DNA of 64,000 nucleotides from Candidatus Latescibacterota bacterium (GCA_965116875.1 OZ220733.1:3776001-3840000); one strand, 5' to 3'. Shown: positions 37,872-48,489, counted from the first letter of the stretch. Made by a program: numbers and translations. Notes: generated from the sequence alone by a model not told the origin.

Positions 37872-38491
37872 CCCATGGCTTTCTCCATCCGCGCCATCGC
37901 GGTTTCGGCGTTCGCCCAGCCGCGGACGACGTCTGTCTGCGCATCGCCGTGTTTTACGACCACGCTCGGAAACTCCCGGACGCCCATCGACCGGCGCAGG
38001 TTGAAGCCCTCCTGCAATTCCGCCTCGATCTCCGGCGACCTGATATCCCGTTCGAACCGTTCCACGTTCAGAGACGGTGAAAGCGATCCGGCCACAGCGG
38101 TCAACGTTTCGATATCCGAGGGGTTCCGCGCCTCACGGTAATACGCCCGCTGGATGGCGTCGAACATTTCGGGCACGGCGTCTCCACGCTGCGCCCTGGC
38201 CGCCAGCACCGCGCGGCAGGCGGGATAGGTGGAACGGCGCGGCTTGCATTTGCGCCAGAAATCCCAGTTGAATTCCGCCCCTGTCGTCGCCGTGACCTCC
38301 CGCCAGTTCCGCTGCACGTACGCGCGCGTCTCTTCGGGCATCGGATCGCCCGAGTCCTTTGCCAGCCCGCCCATCACGTATGCCACCGGAACGGACCCGG
38401 GAAGGGACGATACGATCGCGTGCAGCACCGGCCGGAAGCCCCAGCACCACGAACACATCGGGTCCGCCACGTAGTAGAGTGTGGGATCCAC
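37865..38491 (-). CDS. DsbA-family (DSBA/FrnE-like) thioredoxin-fold protein
   Basis: YYVADPMCSWCWGF, RSTYPACRAV, GV..FP. Confidence 0.88.
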   Translation of the reverse strand: MDPTLYYVADPMCSWCWGFRPVLHAIVSSLPGSVPVAYVMGGLAKDSGDPMPEETRAYVQRNWREVTATTGAEFNWDFWRKCKPRRSTYPACRAVLAARAQRGDAVPEMFDAIQRAYYREARNPSDIETLTAVAGSLSPSLNVERFERDIRSPEIEAELQEGFNLRRSMGVREFPSVVVKHGDAQTDVVRGWANAETAMARMEKAMGG

Positions 38492-39017
38492 TTTTTGTCC
38501 CCTCTAAAAAGTCCATTTCGGTGAAAGGACCGTCGGGTCGAAGTGCGTGAACTCAGACGGTCCGGAACGCGAAGCCGGATTCCGCGCCCGTGAGATGGAT
38601 ACAATATTAAAGACGCGAGCGAAAAAAGGCAAGCGCATCGACCCTGTCTGCGGCCAGGCAATTCCGCTTCGATGCGCTGTTCCCGCGGCTCGGTAAAATC
38701 CACTTGCGCAGGCGTATCGGTTGTGCGTACCTTCATCACCCTTAACCTCAATCCGAAAAAACAGCAACGCGGCGACGCGATAAAACCCTCCGAAAACGGG
38801 GCGCTATCGACGTAAAGAAGGACGTTTTCTCCCTTCACGTCCAGTGACCTGATGTATCCTGGTAATCCGCAGTTTAATCGCCTTTATCAACTTGCATATA
38901 TTTGACTTAACGTCCACGAAACCATACGAATCACGGTCAATTTTGCCAACATCGATTCTTGCGGAAAATCGTTAACGGGACCGCGAAAACGGGAAACACA
39001 CAAAAAGGAGGTGGCCA

Positions 39018-39482
39018 GTGAACGTGGAAGTCACCATTAACGGCGAGCGCCACAGCCACGACGTGGAGCCCAGGCTGCTGCTTGTGCACTATCTGCGCGA
39101 CGTCGTCGGCCTGACCGGCACCCACGTGGGCTGTGAAACCAGCCTCTGCGGCGCCTGTACCGTGATGCTCGACGGGCAGGCGGTCAAATCCTGTACCCTG
39201 CTCGCGGTACAGGCGAACGGCGCCGAGATCACCACCATCGAAGGCCTTGCCGAGAACGGCGAACTTCATCCTGTGCAGGAAGGCTTCTGGGAGTGCCATG
39301 GCCTGCAGTGCGGCTTCTGCACGCCCGGGATGATTATCGCCGCCCACCAGTTGCTGGAGCGCAACTCGCGGCCCACCGAGGCGCAGATCCGGCGCGGCAT
39401 CGAGGGCAACCTGTGTCGATGCACCGGGTACCAGCACATTGTCGACGCCGTCCAGTACGCAGCCAGAAAAATGAGGTCTTGA
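39018..39482 (+). CDS. coxS: Molybdenum hydroxylase 2Fe-2S subunit (CoxS-like)
   Basis: GC....CGACTV...[28 protein letters not shown]. Confidence 0.92.
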   Translation: MNVEVTINGERHSHDVEPRLLLVHYLRDVVGLTGTHVGCETSLCGACTVMLDGQAVKSCTLLAVQANGAEITTIEGLAENGELHPVQEGFWECHGLQCGFCTPGMIIAAHQLLERNSRPTEAQIRRGIEGNLCRCTGYQHIVDAVQYAARKMRS

Positions 39483-39495
39483 AAGGAGATCTTCC

Positions 39496-41826
39496 ATGCC
39501 TGTCAGCAAATCAGTAGGCGCCAGAGTCAAGCGCAGGGAAGATCCCCGACTCATCCAGGGCCTTGCGCAGTACGTAGACGACATCCAGCTGCCCGGTACG
39601 CTGCACGTAGCCGTTCTCAGAAGCCCGTACGGACACGCGCACATCCGGGACATCGACACCTCCGCCGCGGCAGACCACCCGGGCGTGGTTGCCGTGGTGA
39701 CCGGCGACGATCTCAAAGGCAATATCGGCGCCATACCGTGCGCCACCACGGATCCCGAGGGCTTTCCGGGTATCCAGGTTCCCGAGCATCCGGTCCTGGC
39801 CCACGGTAAAGTGCGGTTCGTCGGGGAACCGGTTGCGGCCGTGGTGGCCGACAGTCCGTACACCGCGCGTGACGCGGCCGACCTCATCGAGGTGGATTAC
39901 GATCCGCTCGACGCCGTCAATTCCGCAGCGGCCGCGCTGAAGGACGGCGCGCCCGTTCTTCACGAGGAATTCGGCAACAACCAGGCATTTACGTGGGCCA
40001 TCGCCGGCGGCGACATCGACGACGCATTCGCACAGGCCGACCGCGTGGTCAAACAGCGTTTCGACCATCAGCGCCTGGTGCCGAACCCGCTGGAGACCCG
40101 CGGCGTGGTCGCGCATTTTCAACCCGGAGACGGCAAACTCACGGTCTGGTCCTCCACCCAGATCCCGCATCTGCTCAAGACCCAGCTCTCGGTGATTCTC
40201 AGCCGGCCCGAACAGCTCGTACAGGTCATCGCGCCCGAGGTGGGCGGCGGTTTCGGCTGCAAATTGAACGTGTACGCGGAGGAAGCCCTGGTCGGGCATC
40301 TCGCGATCCAGCTCAAGAGGCCGGTCAAGTGGATCGAGAGCCGGCGCGAGAATTTCCTGCACACGATCCACGGACGCGACCAGGTGGGCGACGTGGAAAT
40401 CCCGGTCAAGAACGACGGGACCATCCTGGGCCTCAAATACACCGTTGAGGCCGACGTGGGGGCCTACTACCAGTTGCTCACGCCGGCCATCCCCACGCTC
40501 ACGGGGCTGATGCTCTGCGGCTGCTACAAATTCCAGAATGTATCGATGGAGCTCACTGCCGCCTTTACCAACAAGATGGCCACCGATGCCTATCGCGGCG
40601 CGGGAAGGCCGGAAGCCACGTACCTCATCGAGCGTATGCTGGACTGCGTGGCTTACGATCTGGATATGGACCCGCTCGAGGTCCGGCGCAGGAACTTCAT
40701 CGGTAAGGATGAGTTTCCCTTCGAAACCGGAACGGCCGTTGCCTACGACAGCGGTGACTACGAAATTGCGCTGACCAAGGCGCTGCGGAAGATCGATTAC
40801 GAAGGCTTCCGCAAGGAACAGACGGAAGCACGCGAACAGGGCCGGTACCTCGGCATTGGCTTCTCCACGTACGTGGAGATCTGCGGGATGGGTCCCTCGG
40901 CCGCCATGCCGGCGGGCGGTTGGGAGAGCGGCACCGTACGCGTGGACCCCACCGGCAAAGTCACGGTTCTCACCGGCGTCTCGCCCCACGGCCAGGGCCA
41001 GGAGACGACGTTTGCGCAGCTCATCGCCGACGGTCTCGGGGTGGACATCGACGACGTGCGGATCATCCACGGCGATACGGAAGCCGTGCAGTACGGCATC
41101 GGTACGTTCGGCTCGCGCGCAACCGCGGTTGGCGGTACGGCCATGGTGATGGCCATGGAAAAGGTCAAGGAAAAAGCCATCAACATCGCCGCGCACCTTC
41201 TGGAGAGCAATCCGGATGACATCGTGGTCGAAGACGGCAAATACGGCGTCACGGGGTCGCCCGACCAGGGCGTGACCCTGGCGGACATCTCCATGGCGGC
41301 CCACGGGGGCGTAAATCTGCCGCCGGACACCGAGCCGGGCATGGCTGCCACGCATTTCTTCGAACCGTCCAACTTCACCTACCCGTTCGGCACGCATATC
41401 GCCATCGTGGAGGTGGACGCGGACACCGGCGAAGTGGACATCCTCCGGTATATCGCCGTCGACGACTGCGGCCGGATCATCAACCCGATGATCGTCGAGG
41501 GCCAGATCCACGGAGGTATCGCCCAGGGTCTGGGCCAGGCGCTGTATGAAGAAGCCATCTACGACGAGAGCGGACAGATGATCACCGGCTCGTTCATGGA
41601 CTATGCCCTGCCCAAGGCGCATAACTTCCCGCGCTTCGAACTCGACAACACGGTCACGCCGTCGCCGGTGAACCCCATGGGCGTCAAGGGCGTGGGCGAG
41701 GCGGGAACCATCGGCTCCACACCGTCCATCGTCAACGCGGTGGTGGACGCGCTCAGGCCGTTCGGCGTGCGGCACATCGACATGCCGCTGCGTCCCGAAA
41801 AACTCTGGAAGCTCATGCAGGGGTAG
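39496..41826 (+). CDS. coxL: Molybdopterin-binding subunit, form II CoxL-like
   Basis: VGGGFG, active-site loop AYRGAGRPEA (form II), HGQGQET, GQIHGG.AQG, KGVGEAG. Confidence 0.88.
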   Translation: MPVSKSVGARVKRREDPRLIQGLAQYVDDIQLPGTLHVAVLRSPYGHAHIRDIDTSAAADHPGVVAVVTGDDLKGNIGAIPCATTDPEGFPGIQVPEHPVLAHGKVRFVGEPVAAVVADSPYTARDAADLIEVDYDPLDAVNSAAAALKDGAPVLHEEFGNNQAFTWAIAGGDIDDAFAQADRVVKQRFDHQRLVPNPLETRGVVAHFQPGDGKLTVWSSTQIPHLLKTQLSVILSRPEQLVQVIAPEVGGGFGCKLNVYAEEALVGHLAIQLKRPVKWIESRRENFLHTIHGRDQVGDVEIPVKNDGTILGLKYTVEADVGAYYQLLTPAIPTLTGLMLCGCYKFQNVSMELTAAFTNKMATDAYRGAGRPEATYLIERMLDCVAYDLDMDPLEVRRRNFIGKDEFPFETGTAVAYDSGDYEIALTKALRKIDYEGFRKEQTEAREQGRYLGIGFSTYVEICGMGPSAAMPAGGWESGTVRVDPTGKVTVLTGVSPHGQGQETTFAQLIADGLGVDIDDVRIIHGDTEAVQYGIGTFGSRATAVGGTAMVMAMEKVKEKAINIAAHLLESNPDDIVVEDGKYGVTGSPDQGVTLADISMAAHGGVNLPPDTEPGMAATHFFEPSNFTYPFGTHIAIVEVDADTGEVDILRYIAVDDCGRIINPMIVEGQIHGGIAQGLGQALYEEAIYDESGQMITGSFMDYALPKAHNFPRFELDNTVTPSPVNPMGVKGVGEAGTIGSTPSIVNAVVDALRPFGVRHIDMPLRPEKLWKLMQG

Positions 41827-41926
41827 GCTGTCTGCCCGGACCGTTAGGGGGCGCGGTAACCGGATGAATAGCGGTTGAACGCGCTCGCGCGGAAGTCCAA
41901 TATATCCGATACGTGGAGAGATACCA

Positions 41927-42793
41927 ATGATTCCCAGCCCATTCGACTATCATGCGCCAAAGACCCTGAGAAAGGCGCTCAGCCTGCTTCAGGAGCATGG
42001 CGGCGACGCAAAGATCCTGGCAGGCGGCCACAGCCTCATCCCGCTGATGAAGCTGCGGTTCGCTTCGCCGGCGACCCTCATCGATCTGGGGGGCATTACG
42101 GGTCTGCGGAAGGTCGTCGCCGGAAACGAAACGATCTCGATCGGCGCCCTGGCGACGCACTACGCGGTGGAGAGCCACAGGCTGCTGAAGTCCAGGTGCG
42201 GCCTGCTGCCGGAAACGGCGGCGGCCATCGGAGACGCCCAGGTGCGCAATCGCGGCACGGTGGGCGGCAGCCTGGTCCACGCGGACCCGGCCGCGGACTG
42301 GCCCGCGACGATGCTGGCGCTGAACGCCCAGCTCGAAATCTCCGGCCCGGGGGGCGAGCGGAGCGTCGCCGTCGGCGATTTCTTCGAAGATCTGCTCACC
42401 GTCGCTATCGGCGAAGACGAAATCCTCACGCGGGTCCGGATCGCCACGCCTCCGGACAACTCCGGAGGCGCGTACGTCAAGATGCACCAGTCCGCATCGG
42501 GATTCGCCATCTGCGGCGTTGCGGCGCAGGTCACGCTGGACAACGGCAGTTGCGCGTCGGTCGGCATCGGCGTCACGGGCGTATCGCCGGTGGCCTACAG
42601 GGCCTCGGCCGCTGAAGCCTCGCTGCAGGGAGGCCCGCTGAACGCCGAAACGATTGCCTCGGCGGCCGACAAGGCGGCCGACGGCGTGGAAGACTTCCAG
42701 GAAGACCACCACGCCTCGGGCGACTACCGCGCCCATCTGGCCAGGGTCTTCACGCGGCAGGCGCTCACGAGTGCCGCAGAGCGCGCAGCCTGA
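41927..42793 (+). CDS. coxM: FAD-binding subunit (CoxM-like)
   Basis: AGGHSLIP.MKLR, IGD.QVRNRGT.GGS..HADP..D. Confidence 0.92.
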   Translation: MIPSPFDYHAPKTLRKALSLLQEHGGDAKILAGGHSLIPLMKLRFASPATLIDLGGITGLRKVVAGNETISIGALATHYAVESHRLLKSRCGLLPETAAAIGDAQVRNRGTVGGSLVHADPAADWPATMLALNAQLEISGPGGERSVAVGDFFEDLLTVAIGEDEILTRVRIATPPDNSGGAYVKMHQSASGFAICGVAAQVTLDNGSCASVGIGVTGVSPVAYRASAAEASLQGGPLNAETIASAADKAADGVEDFQEDHHASGDYRAHLARVFTRQALTSAAERAA

Positions 42794-42918
42794 CCGCCGC
42801 CTCACATCGATTTGAACGATAAACGCGTGCGCCCGGTTTACGCCGCCGGGCGCACGCACTCGCGTACCAGTTCACGGAAACCGCTGGGAATTTCAAGACA
42901 ACTTCCAGGGAGGCGTTC

Positions 42919-43428
42919 TTGAAGATCAAGGGCACGCACACCATCAACGCGCCGCGACAGCGCGTCTTCGAAATGCTCACCGACCCCGAGGCCCTCGCCA
43001 AATGCATACCCGGCGCACGGAAGCTGGCGCTTGTGGGCGAGAACACGTACGAACTGGAAATCAACGCCGGCGTGGGACCCATCAGAGGCAGTTACAGCGG
43101 TACGGTCCGCCTGGAAGACCTGAACCCGCCCGAATGCTATCGCATGGTCGTGGACGCAAAGGGCAAGACAGGATTCGTCCGCGGAGAGGGAAGTATCAAC
43201 CTCGCCGCCGAGGGGGACGGCACTCAGGTGACGTACAGCGGCGACGTGCAGTTGGGCGGGCCCGTTGCGGCGGTCGGCCAGCGGCTGCACGTGAGCGTCT
43301 CGAAGATGATGACCCGTCAGCTCTTCGGCGCCATCGAGGCCGAGGCCAGCGCCGCTCCCGGCGAGACCGTCAAGCACGGCATCCTGAGGGACTATCTCCG
43401 CGGAAAGAAGCCGGGGGCCGGGCAGTAA
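42919..43428 (+). CDS. coxG: CoxG (SRPBCC) accessory protein
   Basis: L.DP..LA.CIPG, GG..A.VGQR. Follows coxSLM. Confidence 0.85.
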   Translation: MKIKGTHTINAPRQRVFEMLTDPEALAKCIPGARKLALVGENTYELEINAGVGPIRGSYSGTVRLEDLNPPECYRMVVDAKGKTGFVRGEGSINLAAEGDGTQVTYSGDVQLGGPVAAVGQRLHVSVSKMMTRQLFGAIEAEASAAPGETVKHGILRDYLRGKKPGAGQ

Positions 43429-43499
43429 CGATCCTTGACCGGCACGGCTGAGATGATCCATGATCAATCGAATTCCACAACCCAAACCCGGAACCCCGT

Positions 43500-43865
43500 A
43501 TGCCCCATATCGACTGGATCGACGTCCCCGTCAATGAACTCGCGCCCGGCGTGCGCATCCGCGCGCCCTATGGCGAGAATCTCATGATCTCCTTGCTGGA
43601 AATGGATGAGGGCGCGGTTGTGCCGCTGCACCATCATCCGCACGAGCAGGGGGGCATCATGCTGGAGGGACGGGTCGAACTGACCATCGGCGACGTCACC
43701 CGGACGGTTGAGAAGGACGCCGCCTATCTCATCCCGCCCAACGTGCCCCATCGCGCGGTTGCGGTGGACGGCCCCGCCGTCGTGCTGGACATCTTCAGCC
43801 CCGTCCGGGAAGACTACGTGGAACTGGGCAACCGCTACATCCCGCCGGAAGACAGAGCACGATAG
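43500..43865 (+). CDS. Cupin domain protein
   Basis: HHHPHEQ...G, IPPNVPH, D.FSP.REDY. Confidence 0.9.
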   Translation: MPHIDWIDVPVNELAPGVRIRAPYGENLMISLLEMDEGAVVPLHHHPHEQGGIMLEGRVELTIGDVTRTVEKDAAYLIPPNVPHRAVAVDGPAVVLDIFSPVREDYVELGNRYIPPEDRAR

Positions 43866-43899
43866 GTCAACCACAGCGTCGATGAAATTTGATCGAAAG

Positions 43900-43938
43900 A
43901 CAACAGCGGATCGGGATTCAATCCCGTCCCGCTGTTTT
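43900..43938 (+). terminator. Probable terminator after the cox/cupin operon
   Basis: AACAGCGGATCGGGATT-C-AATCCCGTCCCGCTGTTTT imperfect hairpin with T-run. Confidence 0.55.
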
Positions 43939-44006
43939 GTGCTATTGTAGAGACACTAAAAATCCACATCTCCCCAAATTCCCTGCCTACGGCGGGTTCC
44001 TTACAA

Positions 44007-44137
44007 GCGGGGAGACGGAAGACGGGAGAGGGTAGAGATTACCTGCCTTGTGCGGATTCTTTAAGTGCCGAAGGCAAGGAGGGAAAACATTCCGGGCAAG
44101 GATTTCTTCTACCGGCTTCCCTCTACCCTCTTGCCGC
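44007..44137. repeat. Repeat family A copy 5
   Basis: Near-identical to 27820-27947. Confidence 0.85.
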
Positions 44138-44366
44138 CTTTGGAATAGTCGCCGCTGGGCGCGGGGCCTGCTCTATGCATGGCGCGAATACCCTCACAGG
44201 ACGCACCGGATATGCTGGCCTGCGAACGCCGGAGGATATCGTAATTTCGAGCGGGACGGAACAACGCGCCCTGCTCTGGAAGTGCTCTGGAGTGGCATCG
44301 CGTTAAACAATCGAATGCCCGACCGAGGGCGAGCGAAATGACATTGTGATATCACAACCGCCATGT

Positions 44367-44391
44367 GGGCAACCACAAGGGTTGCCCCTAC
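44367..44391 (-). repeat. GTAG-family REP
   Basis: GTAGGGGCAACCCTTGTGGTTGCCC on the minus strand. Sister copy at 48094-48118. Confidence 0.7.
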
Positions 44392-44702
44392 AAATCCAGA
44401 TTCCGCGCAAACGGTTGTGGTGTGGGGGGTCTTTCCGTGTTAATCCGTACAGCACCGGGGTTTTGGTACAGCAGAGGGACGTGAAGGCCACCCGAATTCC
44501 CGTTTCTCCACTGAGTTGGTTCACGGAAAAACCGGCCCCCTGCCGAAGGGCGCGCTTCTTTTTGGTCCTTTTTCTTCCGCGCATAAGAAAAAGGACGTAA
44601 AATAAGGAAAACAAAGGATTTATAAAAAAACTGGTATGCAAATGACATACCTGTAGTTTGCCTTTCTATTCGAAATCATGCCTACGGCGTCTTCTTTGAA
44701 AC

Positions 44703-44861
44703 CGGGTAGACTCAAGACGGGAGTGGGGAGAGATTACCTGCCTCGTGAGATTTCCTTTTGTGCCTGAGGCAACGAGGAATGAATTATAGGGCAATGATTC
44801 CGTCTACCGTCTCCCCACTCTTTTTCCTTCTTCCTTCTTCCTTCTACTTCCCCTCTACCCG
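44703..44861. repeat. Repeat family A copy 6 (diverged); supplies the TAG stop of the RND gene
   Basis: GGGTAGAC..AAGACGGGAG.GGGGAGAGATTACCTGCCTCGTG...GGCAA...TCTACCGTCTCCCC...CTCTACCCG. Confidence 0.75.
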
Positions 44862-47800
44862 ATTGATCGCGGCCGAAGAATATTACGCGCGAATCCCCTC
44901 AGGAAGACCCTCAGGTCATCCAGATACGTGTAGAACAGCGGCACGACGAAGAGGGTCAATATCGTTGACGATAACAGGCCGCCGATCATCGTGATACCGA
45001 GCGGGGCATAGGGCGTGCCAAGCATGGTCGCCGAGCCTGCGGCCATGGGGAACAGCCCGAAAACTGTCGTGAAGGTGGTCATCAGAATAGGCCGGAACCG
45101 GTTGAAACCGGCCTCCTCGATCGCCTCCGTCCGGCTCATGCCGGACACCCTCAGCCGGTTGATCATGTCCACAAGCACGATCGCGTTGTTCACCACCACG
45201 CCGATCAGCAGGATGATGCCCATCTGCGCCATCTTTCCCATCACGGTATTCGTCAGGAACAGACCCCAATACACACCCAGGAACGCGAAGGGAATCGACA
45301 GCAGCACCGCGAACGGCAATACGAACGACTCGAACAGCACGCCCATCAGCAGGAATACGCAGGTGATCGCCATCGTGATCGCAAACGACATCGTGTCGTC
45401 GGCCTCCTGGAACCTGGAATAGGTCTCTCCCTTGTTCCAGGAGTATCCGCGAGGCATGGCGAATCCTTCCATCGCCCGGTCGATCTGAGCCCACAGTCCC
45501 TTCAGGTCCTCCTGGGTTGTGTACGCCCGCACCCGCATCCGCATCTTTCCGTCCTCCCTCCGGATGGTGCCGCTGCCTTCCGCTATCTTGAACGTGGCAA
45601 ATGCCGACAGGGGTACCTGGGCGCCGGTTTTTGAGCGAAACGGAAAGCTCTTGAGTTGGGCCAGCGTCTGGCGGTCGTCTTCGTCCATGAAGAGCCTGAC
45701 CGAGAACCTCCGGTCTTCCTCGTAGTACGGCGCCAGGTTGACGCCGCGAAGCTGATAGGAAATGCTGCGCCCTATGGCCTGGGCGGAAATCCCGTACGAA
45801 TGCGCCTGTTCCTTGTTGATGAGTACCTGCACCTCTTTTTCCGCGAACTCCAGATCACTATCCACGCTGACGACGTCCGGAATCGCCTCCATGCGTTGCC
45901 GCACGGCCTCCGACAGCCGCCCCAGCAGATCAATGTCCTCTCCGTACAGATAGACCGAGACACCCGGCTCACTGCGCCAACGCGTCTGAACCATCACCCG
46001 TACGCCGACGAATTGCGGAATGTGTTTCTTGGCGTCCTCGATCACCTCCGCTCGCGTCATCCAACCCTTGACGGGAAAACCCGCCTTCTTTCGAACGCTC
46101 TTGTAAAACTGGTACCACCAGTCCCGGTTCGGTTCTTCCTCCAGATACACCCGGATAAACCCGCGTTGACGCCAGTACCCCAGCCGCACCGTTTCGATCC
46201 GATACGTCTCCCGTTTGCTGTCCAGGAATGCCTCGATCTGGGTTGCCACGCGTTCCATCTCCGCACGCTTGAAAAAGGGCGGGGCGGTGAATCGAATGAA
46301 AAATTCGTTGTTTACCCGGGCGCGACCGGTGGTCTTCTTGACGTTCGAAGCCGGATAGAAAACCGAAACGAACAGGATGATGAAGATCAGGGAAGCATCC
46401 CGCCGGTGTTTCAGAATCCACCGCAGGCCTCCGTGGTATCTGCGCCGCATCCACCGGACCGACCCCGGATCCTTCCTGGCGGCGTGCCTTCCGAGTACCT
46501 TCGCCGCGAGCGGGATGAAGATGAGCGCCACGAACAAAGAGCCCAGCAGCGACACGACCACCGGAATGCCGACCCTGGTGAGTTCAAAGGTCAGTCCGAT
46601 GTCACCCGTCATAAACATCAACGGCATGAAGACCACCACCGTGGTCAGCGTTGCCATCGATATGGCCATGCCCACTTCGCTGGCGCCGGTAATGGACGCC
46701 TCGTGCGCATCCATCCCCTTTGCGCGCATGCGATAGATGTTTTCCACGATCACGATCGCGTTATCCACCACCATTCCCATCCCCACCATCAGGCCCATCA
46801 TGGTCAGCAGATTCAACGACCAGTCCAGAAAATAGAGCACGGAAATCGTCATCATGATGCACAGTGGAATCGACAGGGTAATCAGGGCCGTCATCCGGAC
46901 GGCGCGGAGGAAATACAGAAGGATCAGTGAGGCGAACAACGCGCCCCAGATCGCGGTCGTTCGAATATTGTCGATCGAATCGCGCACCGCCCGGCCCTGA
47001 TCCCACATGACGTTGAACTGTGCTCCGGTTTCCTCGCTGATCCGTTCCAGTTCCTCCTTCACCCGGACCGATACGTCCACCACGTTGGCGCTCGATTCCT
47101 TGTACACGTCCAGCCCAACCGCTTCCTTTCCGTTGATTCGCCAGGATCCCAGTCGCGGCGGCATTCCGAACAGTACGCCCCCGACGTCGGACACGCTGAC
47201 CGGTCCCATCCCGTTCGACCGCTGGATCGGAATCCGGCGGATCTCGTCCATGTCCGTATACCGAGCCAGGGAGCGGATGAAGTACTTCTTGCCGCCCTCG
47301 TGTACATAACCGCCCGCCAGCGCGAAGTTCTCGCCCTGAAGGGCCTGTACCACGTCGGCGGGCCGGACGCCGAGCGAACGCATGCGCTCCTGCAGCACAA
47401 CAACCGTGATCTCCTTCCTGAATCTTCCCCAGAAGGAAATCTTCGCCACCCCGTCGATCCGCTCCAGACGCCGTTGAACCCTGTCTTCAATGAAGGACTG
47501 GATATCCTCAAGTCCCTCCGGCGGGGCCACCCCCATCCAGATAATTTCCTGGTCGGTCTCCTCGTTATATTTCCAAACCCCCGTCCGATCGCGTTTCTCG
47601 GCGGGCAATTCCAGTTTCAGCCGGTCCAGACGGTCCATGACCTGGTTGTAGGCCAGAGACATGTCCGTCTCCGGACGAAACCTCAAACCGGCATCCGCCC
47701 AGTTCTTGCCTGCCCAGGTACGCATGGACCGGAGGTTCTTCACCGTACCGAGATACGTTTCGAACAGCCGGCAGATTTCCTGGTCGTTCTCCCTGGGCGA

Positions 47801-47980
47801 CGTATCCCTGCTATCGACCCACACCCACAGCCGCTTCCAGTCCCATCCGGAAGGGAAGGCCTGCAGGCGTATCTTCATATAGGATACGCAGCCGATCACC
47901 AGCAGCGCCACAAGGCACATGGCCACCGTCACCGGCCTGGATATGGAAAACCTCGGCAGAAGCGCCTGTCGATCCTTCAC
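44855..47980 (-). CDS. RND efflux permease (AcrB/SwrC-like)
   Basis: 1041 aa. RPV, VDNAIVIVENI, TLTT.VVF.P, VVNNAIVLVD, RFRPILMT, GGL.SST.LTL..VP. Confidence 0.93.
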   Translation of the reverse strand: MKDRQALLPRFSISRPVTVAMCLVALLVIGCVSYMKIRLQAFPSGWDWKRLWVWVDSRDTSPRENDQEICRLFETYLGTVKNLRSMRTWAGKNWADAGLRFRPETDMSLAYNQVMDRLDRLKLELPAEKRDRTGVWKYNEETDQEIIWMGVAPPEGLEDIQSFIEDRVQRRLERIDGVAKISFWGRFRKEITVVVLQERMRSLGVRPADVVQALQGENFALAGGYVHEGGKKYFIRSLARYTDMDEIRRIPIQRSNGMGPVSVSDVGGVLFGMPPRLGSWRINGKEAVGLDVYKESSANVVDVSVRVKEELERISEETGAQFNVMWDQGRAVRDSIDNIRTTAIWGALFASLILLYFLRAVRMTALITLSIPLCIMMTISVLYFLDWSLNLLTMMGLMVGMGMVVDNAIVIVENIYRMRAKGMDAHEASITGASEVGMAISMATLTTVVVFMPLMFMTGDIGLTFELTRVGIPVVVSLLGSLFVALIFIPLAAKVLGRHAARKDPGSVRWMRRRYHGGLRWILKHRRDASLIFIILFVSVFYPASNVKKTTGRARVNNEFFIRFTAPPFFKRAEMERVATQIEAFLDSKRETYRIETVRLGYWRQRGFIRVYLEEEPNRDWWYQFYKSVRKKAGFPVKGWMTRAEVIEDAKKHIPQFVGVRVMVQTRWRSEPGVSVYLYGEDIDLLGRLSEAVRQRMEAIPDVVSVDSDLEFAEKEVQVLINKEQAHSYGISAQAIGRSISYQLRGVNLAPYYEEDRRFSVRLFMDEDDRQTLAQLKSFPFRSKTGAQVPLSAFATFKIAEGSGTIRREDGKMRMRVRAYTTQEDLKGLWAQIDRAMEGFAMPRGYSWNKGETYSRFQEADDTMSFAITMAITCVFLLMGVLFESFVLPFAVLLSIPFAFLGVYWGLFLTNTVMGKMAQMGIILLIGVVVNNAIVLVDMINRLRVSGMSRTEAIEEAGFNRFRPILMTTFTTVFGLFPMAAGSATMLGTPYAPLGITMIGGLLSSTILTLFVVPLFYTYLDDLRVFLRGFARNILRPRSIG

Positions 47981-48093
47981 GCGAAACTCCCGCGGGAATC
48001 AGAATAGAAAAACCGGTTTATCAAGAGCGGTAAAGGTAAAAGATACACATCCGGCGGCCCGGAAAGCAAATATTCGATTCGAACTGAGTGGAA

Positions 48094-48118
48094 GGGCGAC
48101 CACGAGGGTCGCCCCTAC
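48094..48118 (-). repeat. GTAG-family REP
   Basis: GTAGGGGCGACCCTCGTGGTCGCCC on the minus strand. Confidence 0.7.
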
Positions 48119-48150
48119 CACCCGCAATCTGACGTTTCCCCCCTTTCTCC

Positions 48151-48179
48151 TTGACATGAATCGTGCAACATCCTACATT
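48151..48179 (+). promoter_or_regulatory. Sigma70 promoter of the T-box/pheST unit
   Basis: TTGACA, 17 nt, TACATT, immediately before stem I of the T-box leader. Confidence 0.8.
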
Positions 48180-48185
48180 CTCACC

Positions 48186-48489
48186 CAAAGCGATGACGGA
48201 GGAAAGTAGGCCGTCCCCAACCGGAAAGGGAGGGGGCGCCCCGGACTGAAAGCGCCCTCGCGGCATGAACGGCCGAAGTTCCCTCTCGAGCTGCAACGCT
48301 GAATGCGATTCCTGGCCTGATGGACGTTCAGGGCAATTGCTACTAGGCGAAGCCGGTGACTCCCGCCGACAATGGAGAGGGGCGGTTCTTGCCGCCTGAA
48401 GAGCGGCGCCTGCACGGCGCAAATAGGGTGGTACCGCGGAAGACGTCACGTCCTTTCGTCCCTATGGGGATGAAAGGTTTTTCTTTTTT
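48186..48489 (+). ncRNA. T-box riboswitch, Phe specifier (UUC), transcriptional type
   Basis: GCGATGA..GGAAAGTAG stem I start, AGGGAG AG-box, GACTGAAAG GNUG-box, specifier GAAG-TTC-C (48279-48281), T-box AGGGTGGTACCGCG (48425-48438), terminator CCTTTCGTCCC-TATG-GGGATGAAAGG followed by a T-run. Confidence 0.92.

Noticed and set aside
39496-41826. Bona fide form I CO dehydrogenase
   Set aside because: The active-site loop is AYRGAGR and the order is S-L-M. The Cu-binding Cys motif is absent.
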